DNA of 20,000 nucleotides, from contig JALAGF010003954.1 of assembly GCA_030167865.1 (NCBI GenBank), forward strand, positions 51,541 through 71,540. Reading direction: 5' to 3'. A program made the position numbers and the translations under genes. Every line of letters starts with the position of its first letter. The first letter of the stretch is position 1. Source of the stretch: Craspedostauros australis. Taxonomy: Eukaryota. This document shows, one piece after another, positions 17,197 to 20,000 of the stretch. The notes beneath the pieces are model-generated. The model worked only from the letters and a program-made list of their open reading frames with translations, was not told where the DNA came from and searched no databases.

Positions 17197-19438
17197 GATG
17201 GAGGGGTTCGGGTGGCCACTTTTTTTGAATGGCCGGCGACTCCAAGCTCAGACTTTATCACGAGCGGGAGCAAGACACCCCATTGAAGGGCGAATTGAGG
17301 GGAGTTTGGGTGATCTATCCCAAGCTTTGTTGCGCGTGGGGCTCTCATTTGGAACCGTGTGACGCAGATGATCTGTTCCATGTCGGATCGATGCTCATTG
17401 TGAACGCTGGCAGAGGCGGTGAGAATGCGTGGTTGGTTTCGTGCGAGGATTTGAGCAACTTCGACGCTTTCTCAGAAATCACGGTATGAACAAACAAACT
17501 GTAGTTGTTTCGTTGGAGTATCTCCGTATGAGTATCTCGATGAGAGAAACGTCGTTGTCGTATCTGTATGAGGCTTCTGACCATTTCATTCATGATATCA
17601 TGGCGATGGGACTATCGTATGTTCCGTCTTGTTGTTGTTGTTTATCGCAAGTACTACCATCATCATACCAAAGCATATGGAAAATTGACAAACTTGTTTC
17701 CTACAAAATCCCAACAAAACAAGGACACAAGTGTTCCGTTGATGTGAACGGCGACACAGCGCCGTCGCCATCAACAATGCCAACATCAACACCGGATTGG
17801 CATCGACACAGAAAATGGTATCGACGCTGTCATTGAGTCCAACTATGCAGAGGCTTGCACTAACGAACAGGTCCAACCCATGCTCTGCATAGTGCTTGGA
17901 ACGACTACCTACTGGGGCTTTGGGGTGTGCAATGCACATCCAACTTGGAGTGCTTCATGGAGTGGATACATGAGGGGTATATAGAGCCAATGTGGTGCAC
18001 AGATTGTGAAAATGCCAGGATGACGATGATCATGGGTGCTGAAGGGAGGGCAGCATGATGCGATCCAGAATTTTTTGGCATCCACCACATGACAGACAGC
18101 AAGCCAAAACGATGTTAAAAATACAGTTCAAATAAATTTGACTTCGATATTCAGAATCACTGATAGCCAAGTGTCCGAATGAACTATCTATTTTAAATTG
18201 TAAACGGTGTTGTTGTGAAATATCATGAAAAGCAGTTGGTTGGATGGTTTTGGTTCTGCTCTAGATTAGTCTATGTTAACACGACTCATCACCCACAAAA
18301 CTCCACAACCAGTGTTGTCGCGACACCGTTTTGCAGTCGGTGCAGATAGTATGGCATGCCACTCTTTGGAGCTCGGTAGCTCACACCCTCAGAGATCACA
18401 AACTTCCCTTGTCGATTCGATGCCAGCGCTGTTATCCTTAGCGTTGATTGCGCTGATTGCGTTGACCATGCCAGGTTGTTAGATCGACGAGAGGATCCTT
18501 GGCGGTTGATCTCAACTCTCTCCAGTGGCCCTCTCGAAACACTGAAGACGAGGGACCTTGCCTGGCCTATCAACTCAACACCCGTGATGTCTTGGCCGAA
18601 GACCGTGTGCAGCGAGCACGAATGTCGCGCAAGAATAACAAGAACAACACCCAAGAAGAACAACACCAAATTCGCGAGAGATGCTCGCAGAGCGAATGTC
18701 ACCAACCGAGAGAAAAGAGAGAACACGAAAAGCACGCGCCAAACAGGAGTCATTTTGAGTCCTTGGCATTTCTGTTCATCCTCAGAGTGCGCGGCTGCCA
18801 CATCTGTACGAGGGCCTTTGCGGGTGTGCAGGGTACGCGTTCTTCCCACTCCAATAATTGCTCGATTGTTTTTGGGTTCTGCGCACCAGCTATCACATGA
18901 ACGCTTCTTCGTCCGGCGATCGGACATATGCTTTTTGGTTTTGCCACAACATCCTGGTACTATGCTCTACTGTGCTCTGCAGAACTGTGTTCGTTTTCGT
19001 GTTGCGCGGAGTGCTGGTGCGCAGTCTTCTCCTATCGGACCACGAATCTGGACCCATGATCCAAAGTACGGCCATCGGAGGCGACAGATCGCCGTATCTT
19101 GCGATTGTCTTGTTCACACCTACGACTCCAACCAGCGCGCACATCGCCCAACAACACCTTCCTTCCACGATCCTTCAACGGGACAATCTGATGGAGGAAT
19201 TCATCTCGCTGGAGAACAAATGCAGCGACAGCACTCGTACGAGCACGTATGTACCAGAAGAAGGCGCCAAGTGTAACACAACGCTGATGATTATTCCAAC
19301 TGCTCACAATTCTGAAGCTCGAGAACCAAGAACTCAAATCGACAAGATCAAAGTAACCACACCGCACCAATCACAACACAACACAACGCAACATAACACA
19401 TCTGCAACCAACCTCTCGTTTCAACAACGCATTCCAAC

Positions 19439-20000
19439 ATGAGAAACCCATCCGCTCCCTCCGAGGCAAACCGCGCTATCGACGATGACATCGAAGCCGG
19501 TACCGCCAACGCCAACGCCATCACTATCACCAACATCAACACCCCTGAGCACGAGACCATCCACAAGTCCATCCAAACCAAGTCCTTCATCAACCACATC
19601 AAGTACATCGTCGAGCTCAAGTCCGACACCGTCTTCTCCACCTGGTACAACGACAAGGGAAAGCCAATCAACAACTACACCTTCCAACAGCTCTGGGATG
19701 AAGCAGGACACTGCGCCCACCTCCTTCGCAACAAATGGGGTGTGAAGAAAGATGACCGTGTCGTCCTCTGCTACGACTTCGGACTCCACTTCTTCGCCAT
19801 GTTCCTGGGATGCCTCCGTGCGGGAGTGACAGCCGTGTTGGTCTACCCTCCTGGACCGCCGCTCGTCAAGTCGCTCACCAAGATGAACAAGGTCATCGAG
19901 GATTGTGCACCGGCACTCATCCTCACCCAAACATCCATCAACCTGCTCCGCGCCGCCGATCGCGCCAACCCAGCATCCAAGAGCCGCGCCATGTGGCCGA
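19439..20000 (+). CDS. Fatty acyl-AMP ligase (FAAL)-like adenylate-forming enzyme, N-terminal part; 3'-truncated by the window and absent from the ORF track
   Basis: Manual translation from ATG 19439 is open to the window end: MRNPSAPSEANR...TVFSTWYNDKGKPINNYTFQQLWDEAGHCAHLLRNKWGVKKDDRVVLCYDFGLHFFAMFLGCLRAGVTAVLVYPPGPPLVKSLTKMNKVIEDCAPALILTQ... Strong C-ending codon bias. In-frame TAA upstream at 19394-19396. Confidence 0.85.
   Translation, partial: MRNPSAPSEANRAIDDDIEAGTANANAITITNINTPEHETIHKSIQTKSFINHIKYIVELKSDTVFSTWYNDKGKPINNYTFQQLWDEAGHCAHLLRNKWGVKKDDRVVLCYDFGLHFFAMFLGCLRAGVTAVLVYPPGPPLVKSLTKMNKVIEDCAPALILTQTSINLLRAADRANPASKSRAMWP

Noticed and set aside
17761-17793. 26/33 identity to 19511-19543 in the FAAL-like 5' region, as a duplicated gene fragment
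   Set aside because: The match is low-complexity CA-rich sequence and does not extend on either side.
18289-19276. ORFs 18476-19276 (+, 266 aa) and 18289-18927 (-, 212 aa) as genes or a transposase
   Set aside because: No recognisable domain or DDE/RT motif and no clear codon bias. A gene cannot be excluded without RNA-seq, but nothing supports one.
19421-19930. Ser/Thr/Pro-rich ORF 19485-19745 and antisense ORF 19421-19930
   Set aside because: These are alternative-frame shadows of the FAAL-like CDS.

Overview
Eukaryotic nuclear DNA, most likely from a diatom or a related stramenopile alga. The clues are GT-AG spliceosomal introns, a signal+transit (ASAFAP-type) plastid presequence, polyQ tracts and compact head-to-head gene pairs. 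Gene content in order: the 3' end of an unknown NLS/coiled-coil gene (1-351); a long disordered protein with several SUMO-interacting-like motifs and a C-terminal J-domain (1265-3997); a plastid-targeted TruB pseudouridine synthase (-); DNA polymerase alpha subunit B (4 exons); a UCP/OGC-type mitochondrial carrier (-, 2 exons); UTP11 (-); a divergent TTC38-like TPR protein (2 exons); a ~3.6 kb gene-poor interval with CpG-depleted blocks and a 9/18-bp repeat array; and the 5' part of a fatty acyl-AMP ligase-like gene that the ORF track misses (19439 to the window end). The most notable leads are (i) a ~385-nt minus-strand interval (469-853) that folds by hand into a long end-to-end helix with inner stems, a possible pseudoknot and a T4 end, suggesting an unannotated ncRNA; (ii) the poly-SIM + J-domain architecture; and (iii) the FAAL-initiated gene. 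All calls come from manual reading and motif recognition. No database searches or folding programs were run.
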